The notes below the pieces were generated by a model. It saw only the letters and a list, made by a program, of their open reading frames with translations, ran no database searches and was not told where the DNA came from. Position numbers and translations under genes: made by a program. This document shows, one piece after another, positions 38,877-47,723 of a stretch of 64,000 nt of DNA. Position 1 is the stretch's first letter. The number at the start of each line of letters is the position of its first letter. This DNA comes from an uncultured Campylobacter sp. (GTDB lineage: Bacteria > Campylobacterota > Campylobacteria > Campylobacterales > Campylobacteraceae): contig NZ_CALGPY010000006.1 in assembly GCF_937959485.1 (NCBI RefSeq), forward strand, positions 29,994 to 93,993. The letters run 5' to 3'.

Positions 38877-40757
38877 TTTACAACCCTCAGAATTCCCCCG
38901 AACACTCGATTACAGAATATCAGTATATAGTCTTTTAAAAAACTATATAAAAATATTTGTCGTCTCTTAAGGAAACTTTAAATAATAAGCAAAAATGAGT
39001 TAAGAAGTTTCAAACCTTAAGAAATTTAGCTTAAGCCTTATAGCAGCTCAAGGTTTAAAATCTTAAAGATGTTGATTAATACATTTTCACTAAATGCCTT
39101 AAGCGCCTATCTGTAAGATGTTTGTTCTTTAAGGCAGAGAACAAATAAAAACAGATAAAAGCTTAAAGCCTTCTTCGTCCTTATGAACAAGGGGATTATA
39201 TTAGAAAGATCTTAAAAGCTTCTTAGCTCAAATTTATTAATCTCTTCTTTTACTTTCATTTGCAGATAAAAAGTCTAAAGGCTTAGAGGCTTCTTTAAAA
39301 GTATAAAGGAGGCCATGCTATTTTCTTATATAGTATTAAGATAGCCAAAGGCTTTTAAAATATGGGAGAGTGTTTAAAAAATGATGGGTTGCCACCCTTA
39401 ATACTTCATACCTAAATATCTTCAATATCCTTTAGATACTCAAGCATTCTATTAGAGCAAAGCCCAAAATATCAAAAGCAAGGCTACACATAAAAAATAT
39501 CCTTAAAATGGATAGGCTAAGAGGTTGCTCTATCTATGATAAAAGAGCTACTTTGGTAAATAATATCCCCGCAAGCGATAAAAATATATTAAGATCAAAT
39601 ACTATTTATAATATAGTACTAGGCAAAAAATACTCCTAAAAGAAATAAAAAATTTATTCTATCCACTAGATATATAAAATTCCGCCTATGCAATATAATA
39701 TCCCTACAAGGAATAATCGCAACGGCGGTAGCAGACGAGCAAATGCTCCGCTAGCGACGAGCGAGGCAAGCCCCGTAACCTTTAACGGAGGCGCTACCTC
39801 CACGCGGCTTTTCAGATAGCCCCCCTTTTTCAAATTTAATGCACTTAGGCAATAAATAAAACGAAGAAGAAGGCTATCTAGGGAAAAAACTCTAGGGGCA
39901 AAAAGACGTTACATCTTTAGAATTTAGTTAAAACAGAAGCTTTTTAGATTAATGTGCGAAGCTATAACGCACCTCTGCGATTTTTCTTATTACCCCAAAC
40001 CGCCAGCGGGGAACTAAAGATTAAGAATGCTTGATAAGCGTTTAAGCTTATCAATAAAAACATTACCGATAACGTAACCCATCGAAAAACCATAATATAT
40101 AAACTTTAAAGGCTACTTCAAAAGCCTAAAGGCTTTTTAACATATAAAACATTCTTTCTCCTTAGTAAAAACGTTATAAGATATTTCAAAAATACCTTAT
40201 GAAAACAATATAGCTGAAAAAGAAAAAAAATGGTGTGAGTTGTTTTTAAAAGACGGAGGTTATTTTAATAAACTTGGGTCTAAAGGCAATGAGGCAACCT
40301 GGTAAACCGAGCATTAAAAGATATGAAAGCTAATATGCAATATGCAAGAAATTCCTAGTAAAAAGCATAAGGCCAAAAAAGAATGGGAATGCTTCAGAAT
40401 TTATATAATCTATCGTGGCCCTATCCTCGCAAGCACTTACCTTCAGTATCAAAAGAAAGAAGACGAGTGCTCAAAAGGAGGCAATGCACTTAAAATTAGG
40501 GCGAGCGCTTAGGAAAGGAGTAGTGATGAAGTAATATACGAGAAGGGAGGGAAAGTAAGTGCTTTTTTAAGAGGATAAGGCGGCTCATACCCCAATTACG
40601 GTAAGCTGTAGAATGACAAACTGCGGATAGATTTGCTTTAACTCTCTATCTTACTGTTTTTCCGCTTATCCGGAAATTTCTAAAGTACATAAGCATATAG
40701 ACTCAAGGACGCTATCCATAGTAGGAATAATACCTTTAGCCCTCCCCCTCTCTCCCC
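38877..40757. other. ORF-free AT-rich segment inside the integrase mini-element
   Basis: The six-frame track has no ORF of 60 aa or more between 38780 and 40757. Stops are dense in all frames and the plus strand is purine-rich. Confidence 0.8.
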
Positions 40758-41990
40758 TTAAAATTTAAACCCCAGCCCCTTTAAATAACCTAGCCACCAT
40801 GTTAGAACCCTACGAGTATTCTCAACGTTCGTAGCTTTGTTATAAATCTTTTGTATCTCTCTTTGTGCATGAAAAAGGGTACGTTCAATGCTATAAGGAT
40901 CCAGCTTGTTCTCATGTATTTTTTCATATGCAAAGGTTTCTAGTATCTTTCTAAAAGAGTGAAAAACTAGTCTATTCTTAGCTATTACGGGAGCATAGGT
41001 TTTAAGCGCTTTAACTAGAGTCATATCGCTTAGTACCTCTCCTTGCGTATTGGCAAAGCATAGCAAGCAGCTGCTATTATGAGCGTGTAACCTTTGCAGC
41101 CATTGCCCTACTTCTCTAGGAAGTCCAAGATGTTCATCTCCATTGCTTTTTACCTTATTCTCATCTTGCGGGAATAGTAAGTAGTATTCTCCATCATCGC
41201 CCACTTTTAAATGCTCATGGGTTAAATTTCTTACATTTGAGCTTCTTAGCCCCGTAAGCAGTCCAAAGATCAAAGCATTCTTAACACCTATTTGATGAGG
41301 ATAGTTCATGATAAATTTAATAAGTACGGTTAAATCCAAGTCATCTTTTATATATGGGTATTCGCTATGGCGAGGTATATTATAAAAGTCCTTAAACACC
41401 TCTTCTGCAAATAATGGATTTTTGGAAATATCTCTTATGCGAGCATATCTGAATAGTCTTTTAATGAGTTTGAATAAAATTTCTAAGGAAGCGTATTTTT
41501 CATTATCGTAATAATAATCCAGTATCGGCATAATATCCTTTTTGCTTATCTTGTTTATATCTTTGTCACAAATATCCCTTAAAGCTTTAAAGCTCATATC
41601 TCGTCTTTTAGAGGTTGCTAATGCAACATTGCCGTTATGTCTGCGAAACTGTCTATAAACGCTTGCCAGAGTATTTTTAGCAGGAGTCAGCTTAGCAGAA
41701 TCATCTATCATTAAACCTTTAAGAGTTTCTTTGGCCTCGCTTAGGCTTATCTCATCTACATTACCTAAAGACTTAATCAGCTTGCCGCCTATGCAATAGT
41801 GATAGTGCCTATGGATTGTTTGCTCTCCCTTTTTAGTAGATGAGCGGTAAAATCTAACTGCTATATGCTCATCGATCATTTCCACCATAGTGTTTTTGCG
41901 ATGAGGCAGGGAGAAATTTCTGATGACTTTATCGGGATCCGTTTTAAAAGCCGGATCGTCTTTAATTTTAGAAAAAACTTTCATAACCAC
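40758..41990 (-). CDS. tyrosine-type site-specific integrase (P4-like)
   Basis: 410 aa. Catalytic region TGLRSSN (R), HSFRK (H-x-x-R), LFHAQ and IYNKA (Y). Long N-terminal arm-binding-like region. Adjacent to a tRNA gene. Confidence 0.88.
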   Translation of the reverse strand: MVMKVFSKIKDDPAFKTDPDKVIRNFSLPHRKNTMVEMIDEHIAVRFYRSSTKKGEQTIHRHYHYCIGGKLIKSLGNVDEISLSEAKETLKGLMIDDSAKLTPAKNTLASVYRQFRRHNGNVALATSKRRDMSFKALRDICDKDINKISKKDIMPILDYYYDNEKYASLEILFKLIKRLFRYARIRDISKNPLFAEEVFKDFYNIPRHSEYPYIKDDLDLTVLIKFIMNYPHQIGVKNALIFGLLTGLRSSNVRNLTHEHLKVGDDGEYYLLFPQDENKVKSNGDEHLGLPREVGQWLQRLHAHNSSCLLCFANTQGEVLSDMTLVKALKTYAPVIAKNRLVFHSFRKILETFAYEKIHENKLDPYSIERTLFHAQREIQKIYNKATNVENTRRVLTWWLGYLKGLGFKF

Positions 41991-42149
41991 TTATCCTTTA
42001 AAATTTCATATAGTTTCATAGGACAAATTATAAAAGTTTCCAAAGAGCTTAGCAAGCTTAAGAGCTACTATACATTTTTTAATATATAGTAGTTTCTCTT
42101 AAACCGCCTGTATAATCTAGCGTTTTTAACATTTGAAATTTTTTTGAAA

Positions 42150-42180
42150 AAATTTGAAAAAGCCGTAAAACAGGGCTTTT
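42150..42180 (-). terminator. candidate intrinsic terminator after the tRNA-Val/Asp/Lys cluster
   Basis: In the minus sense AAAGCC-CTGTTTTAC-GGCTTT is followed by TTCAAATTTTTT, about 45 nt downstream of tRNA-Lys. Confidence 0.45.
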
Positions 42181-42222
42181 AAAAAAATCAAAAAACTAAA
42201 AATAGGGGGGAAATTTGATAGA

Positions 42223-42241
42223 TGGTGTCCTGCGTTGGATT
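42223..42241. repeat. att-type direct repeat, tRNA-proximal copy (3' end of tRNA-Lys)
   Basis: Matches 38858..38876 at 18 of 19 positions. Confidence 0.8.
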
Positions 42242-42298
42242 CGAACCAACGACCCCCTCATTAAAAGTGAGATGCTCTACCGACTGAGCTAGCAAGAC
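42223..42298 (-). tRNA. tRNA-Lys (anticodon UUU)
   Basis: Hand-folded. Acceptor GTCTTGC/GCAGGAC, anticodon stem TCTCA/TGAGG with loop CTTTTAA, T-arm GTTGG-TTCGAAT-CCAAC, encoded CCA. Confidence 0.9.
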
Positions 42299-42310
42299 AT
42301 CGTAAGAAAG

Positions 42311-42387
42311 TGGCGCGACGAATGGGGCTCGAACCCACGACCTCCGCCGTGACAGGGCGGCATTCTAACCAGCTGAACTACCGTCGC
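42311..42387 (-). tRNA. tRNA-Asp (anticodon GUC)
   Basis: Acceptor GCGACGG/TCGTCGC, anticodon stem CCGCC/GGCGG with loop CTGTCAC, T-arm GTGGG-TTCGAGC-CCCAT, encoded CCA. Confidence 0.9.
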
Positions 42388-42447
42388 ACCAAAAATCACA
42401 CTCGCAGCGCAAGTGCTAAAGAAGTATGAAATCCAAGGATTTCAAAA

Positions 42448-42523
42448 TGGTGGTCGCTGTAGGGATCGAACCTGCGACATCCACCTTGTAAGGGTGGCGC
42501 TCTACCAGCTGAGCTAAGCGACC
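42448..42523 (-). tRNA. tRNA-Val (anticodon UAC)
   Basis: Acceptor GGTCGCT/AGCGACC, anticodon stem CCACC/GGTGG with loop CTTACAA, T-loop TTCGATC with one C-A mismatch in the T-stem, encoded CCA. Confidence 0.85.
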
Positions 42524-42651
42524 GTTTGGGTTTAAAAAAGAAATGTGATTATATATCCAATACGATTAATTTTCACTTAAACAATGATGAAAAGACTGAA
42601 ATTGTGCTATACTTGCGACATAAAATTTTATCAAAGGCTCGGTAAATTTAG

Positions 42652-43239
42652 ATGAAAAAGTTGGTTTTCGCCCTGTTTTTAGCGCTTCAAGCCCCCGCTT
42701 ACTCGCCGAACGAGATCGTAAACGCCATCGCCGCAGTAGCGCAAAACGAAGGCGTAAAGCCCGAGATCCTCTACACCATCGTCAAAATCGAAAGCGACTT
42801 CGAGCCCTTTACGATTTCGTTTTTGACGAACAAAGCAAACGCCGATTATTTCGCCGGCCTGCGCAATCAAAACGTGCAGATCAAAACGAGCAACTACAGC
42901 CTAAATTCCAGCAAATGGGTCGTTACGATAATACCGGCAAACGAAATTTACGCAGTACAGATCGCCAAGTACCTGTATGAGGACGGATTTAGCATTGACG
43001 TAGGACTCGGGCAGCTAAACGCCGTAAATTTCAGCCAAAATGAGATAGATTATATATTCAACCCGATGTATAACCTCACCAAATGCGCCAAAATCCTACG
43101 CAAATGCTGGAACGCTAAAGACAAAAATATCAAAGATACGATCGAGTGCTACAACTACGGCATGCGCAAGCGCTACTCAAACCCCTACTACAAGCGCTTT
43201 TACGAGCATTACGAAAAATTTTTCGGCAAGCCCTATTAA
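42652..43239 (+). CDS. lytic transglycosylase (SLT domain) with signal peptide
   Basis: 195 aa. ILYTIVKIESDFEPF (catalytic E-S) and DVGLGQLN. Confidence 0.85.
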   Translation: MKKLVFALFLALQAPAYSPNEIVNAIAAVAQNEGVKPEILYTIVKIESDFEPFTISFLTNKANADYFAGLRNQNVQIKTSNYSLNSSKWVVTIIPANEIYAVQIAKYLYEDGFSIDVGLGQLNAVNFSQNEIDYIFNPMYNLTKCAKILRKCWNAKDKNIKDTIECYNYGMRKRYSNPYYKRFYEHYEKFFGKPY

Positions 43240-43290
43240 GAGTTAGTAAAATTTCGCTAAAATCACGCAAATTTTAAAAAAGGATACTTC

Positions 43291-44445
43291 ATGATACTGA
43301 TCGCAGGACCCTGCGTGATCGAAAGCCGCGAGCTGATAATGCAAGTCGCGGAAAGTTTGCGCAAATTTAACGAAATAAGCGGGGTGGAATTTTACTTCAA
43401 AAGTAGCTTCGATAAAGCCAACCGCACCAGCATCTCAAGCTTCCGCGGCCCGGGGCTTGAGCGCGGCTGTGAAATTTTAGCCGAAGTAAAGGAAAAGTTC
43501 GGCTATAAAATTTTAACCGACATCCACGAAAGCTACCAAGCAGAGCCCGCCGCGCGCGTCGCCGACGTGTTGCAAATACCTGCGTTTTTGTGCCGCCAAA
43601 CCGACCTACTCGTCGCTGCAGCCAGCACGCAAGCGGTAGTAAACATCAAAAAAGGTCAGTTTTTATCGCCACAGGTGATGAAACACAGCGTCGAAAAGGT
43701 GCTGCAAACCCGCAGCGCACGGGCTTATACTCCGCAAAGCGGCGCGGCATCTAGCGATACAAAGGCCGCTCAAAACAGCGCCTGCTCCGACGATGCCAAA
43801 ATTTGCGGTGCGCCGAGCGACGCTCGAAGCAGTACAGATAGCGGATCTTTGGCGTTAGACGCGCAAAATTCTTGCGGCGCACAGTCGGGCGCACAAAATT
43901 TTATTCATACTTGCGGCACTAAAAGTGGTGCCGAAAATGCTGCTAAAGGTACGGCGACACCTTGTGCCGCGCAAAGCGATAACGAAGCGCAAAACACGCC
44001 GCAGCCAAACTTATCTCATACTTGCAACGCGCAAGACAGCTCGATAAGTGCTGCACAAAATGCCCCACAGCCAAGCGGCGAAGAGATGCACGATCTGGCA
44101 CGCCGCCACGGCGTTTGGCTCACCGAGCGTGGCAGCACCTTCGGCTACGGAAATTTGATCGTCGATATGCGCTCGCTGCCGATTATGCGCGAGTTTGCGC
44201 CGGTCATTTTCGACGCTACGCACAGCGTGCAGATGCCTAGTATCGGCGCTACGAGCGGCGGCGACTCGCGCTTCGTGCCGTACCTTGCACGAGCGGCGGC
44301 GGCCGTGGGCGTGGACGGCTTTTTTTACGAAACGCACCCAGATCCCGCCCACGCGCTTTCTGATGGACCGAATATGCTAAATTTGCAGCAGCTAGAGCGC
44401 GTCGTAGCGCAGACGCTCGCAATTCAAAAAGCGCTCGGATTTTAG
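43291..44445 (+). CDS. kdsA: 3-deoxy-8-phosphooctulonate synthase (KDO8P synthase) with a low-complexity insertion of about 130 aa
   Basis: 384 aa. [47 protein letters not shown] ... [39 protein letters not shown]. The conserved blocks are split by an S/A/Q/N-rich insert. Confidence 0.9.
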   Translation: MILIAGPCVIESRELIMQVAESLRKFNEISGVEFYFKSSFDKANRTSISSFRGPGLERGCEILAEVKEKFGYKILTDIHESYQAEPAARVADVLQIPAFLCRQTDLLVAAASTQAVVNIKKGQFLSPQVMKHSVEKVLQTRSARAYTPQSGAASSDTKAAQNSACSDDAKICGAPSDARSSTDSGSLALDAQNSCGAQSGAQNFIHTCGTKSGAENAAKGTATPCAAQSDNEAQNTPQPNLSHTCNAQDSSISAAQNAPQPSGEEMHDLARRHGVWLTERGSTFGYGNLIVDMRSLPIMREFAPVIFDATHSVQMPSIGATSGGDSRFVPYLARAAAAVGVDGFFYETHPDPAHALSDGPNMLNLQQLERVVAQTLAIQKALGF

Positions 44446-44953
44446 AGCGAGCGGCTGTAAAATTTCAAATTTAGGCTATCAAGTTTAAATTTTAATTTCG
44501 CTTCGTTGCGCACGCTAGCCGATTTTCGTACTTTGCGCTAATAAATTCTATATGCAAGGGCGTGCTTCAAGCGCAGCGAGTTTGCATATCGAGCGCTAAA
44601 AATTTAAAACGTATTGCACGGCTATAAAATTTAGCGCATTTATAAATTTACCCCGCAAGCTTCATTAAGCCTTAGGGCTTTGATAAAATTTATGCGGCAC
44701 AGGGCGATCGCCAGGCCGCGAGCGGAGCAGTTTCGCGCCGCTAAATTTAAAATTTTAAAAGCCTCGTTCGCAGAATTTTGCTATAAATTTTGCGCTGAAT
44801 TTCGCAGCCGCCCGCGTAAAATTTAATGTAAATTTACGCGCAAATCCCAATCGTCCAATCCGCCATTGCACAAGCCGCTGCCGCATAAAATTTAAGTCGA
44901 GATTAATGGGGCGGGGATATAATTCAAGCCTAAAATTCTTTTAAAGGATATTT

Positions 44954-45391
44954 ATGGGTTACGTAGAGTCTAACCTTCTAAATGGCGAAAATGTGATTGC
45001 TAAAGCCAAAATTCACCGGGCGGTTTTTATCTCCGCTATCATCATATTAATTCCCGCGATAGTTGGAATCATAAATAAAGACGATAGACTTTCATTCATA
45101 TGCTTTGGCGGTTTTATAGCGGCGCTAATTCACGGGTTTATTGTTTTAAAAACAAACGAGCTCGCTATCACAAATCAGCGTATAATCGGCAAAAAGGGTC
45201 TTATTAGTCGTGAAACGGTGGAACTGAAATATGAAAAAATCGAAAGCATATCCGTAATGCAGAGTATCTTGGGACGAATTTTAAAATTCGGCACCATAGT
45301 GGTGCGAGGTACCGGCGGCACTGCGGTTAGTTTCCAATTTATCGCTAATCCCGTAGCGTTTAAAAACAAGGCGATGGAAAAGATCGGCTAG
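44954..45391 (+). CDS. membrane protein with a bacterial PH domain (YdbS/YdbT-like)
   Basis: 145 aa. LLNGENVIAKAKIH, two TM helices, then a PH-like beta region (ITNQRIIGKKGLISRETVELKYEKIESI). Confidence 0.65.
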   Translation: MGYVESNLLNGENVIAKAKIHRAVFISAIIILIPAIVGIINKDDRLSFICFGGFIAALIHGFIVLKTNELAITNQRIIGKKGLISRETVELKYEKIESISVMQSILGRILKFGTIVVRGTGGTAVSFQFIANPVAFKNKAMEKIG

Positions 45392-45550
45392 ACTTTTTTC
45401 ATATATAAAATTTCAGCCAAATCATAAAATTTTACGTTGCAAATTTTACTCTATGCCGCGCCGGCTTTTAAATTTATAAGCGATTTGCGCTTGCACCGCC
45501 GCCGGCATTTTATCTAAAATTTTGTTTTTGTCGCTATAATGCGGTTTCTT

Positions 45551-45627
45551 GACCTTTTCGTCTAGTGGCTCAGGACGTTGCATTCTCAGTGCGAAAACGC
45601 GTGGTTCAAATCCCGCAAGGGTCGCCA
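45551..45627 (+). tRNA. tRNA-Glu-like gene, anticodon CUC, with a one-base bulge in the T-stem (possibly a pseudo-tRNA or atypical tRNA)
   Basis: Hand-folded. Acceptor GACCTTT/AAGGGTC, D-arm TCGTCTAGTGGCTCAGGAC (typical of tRNA-Glu), anticodon stem TTGCA/TGCGA with loop TTCTCAG, T-arm GCG(T)GG-TTCAAAT-CCCGC, encoded GCCA. 77 nt. Confidence 0.5.
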
Positions 45628-45682
45628 TTATGGACTTGTACAAGCCTCTTGATTTTAAACGATAAATTTATCTATGATTTTA

Positions 45683-46459
45683 TCATGGGCTTTCATATAG
45701 CCCGTTAGATTTTAAATAATAGATTTTATCCGCGATTTTATCGATGAAATTTTTATCGTGCGAAACGATGATTTCGCTTACGTCAAGCCCCGCCAAGATC
45801 CCCGCCACGCGCTCCTGCATCGCCTCATCAAGTGCCGTCGTAGGCTCGTCCAGTAGCAGTATCCTAGGCTCGCACACCAGCGCACCCGCAAGCGCCACCA
45901 GTTTTTTCTCGCCGCCGCTTAGATGAAAGGGCACTCGCTCGCGCAGATGTTCGATGCCCAAGCGCCACAGCGTCTCCAGCACCTTGCGCTCGATCTGCTC
46001 TTCACTTAAAATTTCAAGCTTTTTTAGATGATCGTTTTCGCTGCCCTGCCTTAAAATTTCCGCCTTACGACTAAAAAATTTAGAAAAAATTCCACGCCTT
46101 TGCTCCACATTTCGTGCTCGTTTTAACCGCTCATTTTGCGCACGCAGGCTAAATGCGACGTCCTCAAACACGCTCGCGCACAAAAATTGATCGTCGCTGT
46201 TTTGAAATAAAAACCCGATCTCGTGGCGAAATTTTGCAAAATCCTCCACACACTCAAGCTTCTCGCTGAAAAGCTCGATCTCACCCTCGCCCCATTGCCT
46301 TAGGCCGCCTAAAATTTGAAGCAGGCTCGTCTTGCCCTGCCCGTTCGCGCCCAAGATCGCTACTTTTTCCTTATGCCCTACGCTCAAATTTACGCCGCGA
46401 AAAATTTCTCGCTCGCCGTTTTTAGCGCTTATTCCATACGCCTTAAGCGAGCAACTCAT
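45683..46459 (-). CDS. cbiO: ECF-type Ni/Co transporter ATPase (CbiO/NikO) with an internal insert of about 40 aa
   Basis: 258 aa. GANGQGKTS (Walker A), LSGGEKK (signature), LLLDEPT (Walker B). The extra segment AQNERLKRARNVEQRRGIFSKFFSRKAEILRQGSENDHLKKLEI lies between the Q-loop and the signature. Confidence 0.88.
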   Translation of the reverse strand: MSCSLKAYGISAKNGEREIFRGVNLSVGHKEKVAILGANGQGKTSLLQILGGLRQWGEGEIELFSEKLECVEDFAKFRHEIGFLFQNSDDQFLCASVFEDVAFSLRAQNERLKRARNVEQRRGIFSKFFSRKAEILRQGSENDHLKKLEILSEEQIERKVLETLWRLGIEHLRERVPFHLSGGEKKLVALAGALVCEPRILLLDEPTTALDEAMQERVAGILAGLDVSEIIVSHDKNFIDKIADKIYYLKSNGLYESP

Positions 46460-47103
46460 AAGATAGCTCCGATTTTAATAGATACGCACGCCAGCACGAA
46501 CGCCAAAAATGACGCCTCCGAGATGCTCAAGCCCTCGCGACGTTCGTAAAATAGCCTACCGCAAAACCCTCGCGCGCTCATCACCAAGCTTAAATTCCTT
46601 GCTTGCTCAAGTGCCGAAATCGCTAAAATCCCGATCAAATTCGCATAAATTTTATAAGTGAAAATTCCGCTCGTCCCTACAAATCCGCGCATGCGCAAAA
46701 GTACTTGCAGTCTCGCGAGATCCGAGCGTAAAAAATTTACGAATCGCCCACAGCAATACACCAAAGAGCTTAGCTTTTCGCCGAGCCCGAGCCCGTAAAA
46801 TCCGCGCGCGAAAAAATATTCGTCCTTGCCGTAAAATAGCAAAATCGCAAACGCCATTATCAAATTAGCGCGCAAAAATATCACGCCCGCAAGCTCGTAG
46901 TTGCTGACTATGGCGGGGCTTAACGCGCTTAAAATAGCAAAGATATTTAATACCGCAAGCCTTGTGCAGACCGCGCGTGCAATCGAAATTTTAAGCGCAA
47001 AAAGAAGTAGCGGCGGGGCAAAAAACGCCGCATAAAGCTGCCCGCTAAGTCCGACGCCGAAGCTGAAGATGAAAAACACGAGCAGCGATACGGCAGGGCT
47101 CAT
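46456..47103 (-). CDS. cbiQ: ECF transporter T component (CbiQ/NikQ)
   Basis: Polytopic membrane protein in operon position. I prefer ATG 47103 (MSPAVSLL...), which forms an ATGA overlap with the upstream stop, over the track start 47163. Confidence 0.8.
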   Translation of the reverse strand: MSPAVSLLVFFIFSFGVGLSGQLYAAFFAPPLLLFALKISIARAVCTRLAVLNIFAILSALSPAIVSNYELAGVIFLRANLIMAFAILLFYGKDEYFFARGFYGLGLGEKLSSLVYCCGRFVNFLRSDLARLQVLLRMRGFVGTSGIFTYKIYANLIGILAISALEQARNLSLVMSARGFCGRLFYERREGLSISEASFLAFVLACVSIKIGAIL

Positions 47104-47723
47104 TTGCGCGCTCTTTTCGCTAGCCACATTAAGCCAAAAAAGCCGAAAATCAAGGCCAAACAAAGCGCGATTTTAGGCGCCTCGGCGGACTGGCTTTGAA
47201 ACGCCATGCTCCTAATATCGCTCTTAGGGCTTTCTTTCGGCGAGATGCTTTGCGAGGCTGAATTTTGCAAAGGTTTGGAAACACTTGAAATTTTATTTTC
47301 AGGCGTACTGGCTTTTGGCGCGATATTTTCGGGCGCGCTGCCTTCGGGCGCGGAATTTTTAGCGGCGTCTAAATTTTGAGGTTCAGAATTTTGCGGCGTG
47401 GAATTTTCAGGATCACCGGAATTCTGCAGCGCAAAGTCCTCGGTGCTAAATTCCATCTGCGCGCCGTGTCCTGCACCCCCGTAAATTTGAATAGTAAAAT
47501 TTTTAGCTGGAATCTTTATGCTCGCAAGTCCCTCTTTATCGGTCCTAGTGCGCAAAATTTCACGCCCGTCCGCACTGATTAAAACTTCGCACTCTATGCA
47601 AGGGGAATTTTTATAAAAATAGCTATAAATCGCTACCCTATCGCCCTCTTGCGTCGCGAAAAGATGAAGCGCATGCGAAAATGCAAAAGAGCTCAAAATC
47701 GCTAAGAAAAATAGCGCTCTCAT
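47100..47723 (-). CDS. Ni/Co transporter accessory protein: signal peptide, beta-rich domain, low-complexity linker, C-terminal TM anchor (occupies the NikL/CbiN position)
   Basis: 207 aa between cbiM and cbiQ. The S/P/E/N-rich stretch is QNSGDPENSTPQNSEPQNLDAAKNSAPEGSAPENIAPKASTPENKISSVSKPLQNSASQSISPKESPKS. Confidence 0.5.
   Translation of the reverse strand: MRALFFLAILSSFAFSHALHLFATQEGDRVAIYSYFYKNSPCIECEVLISADGREILRTRTDKEGLASIKIPAKNFTIQIYGGAGHGAQMEFSTEDFALQNSGDPENSTPQNSEPQNLDAAKNSAPEGSAPENIAPKASTPENKISSVSKPLQNSASQSISPKESPKSDIRSMAFQSQSAEAPKIALCLALIFGFFGLMWLAKRARK

Larger units (their letters stand above)
38858..42241 (-). mobile_element. small integrative element at tRNA-Lys: tyrosine integrase plus non-coding cargo, bounded by 19-nt direct repeats
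   Basis: The integrase gene lies next to the tRNA-Lys 3' end, with a direct repeat of that end 3.35 kb away. Confidence 0.7.

Noticed and set aside
38877-40757. Retron, group II intron or IS/bridge-RNA explanation for the ORF-free segment
   Set aside because: There is no reverse transcriptase, maturase or transposase ORF in or next to the segment. I could not find a domain V-like hairpin or msr/msd-type long inverted repeats. The only enzyme gene is the tyrosine integrase.
40738-40760. G-quadruplex on the minus strand just after the integrase stop (GGGGAGAGAGGGGGAGGG)
   Set aside because: There are only three G-runs of 3 or more, and a fourth run is missing. I noted it as a purine/pyrimidine tract only.
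45446-45643. 65-aa ORF on the minus strand
   Set aside because: It lies antisense across the tRNA-Glu-like gene, has no ribosome-binding site, and is most simply spurious.
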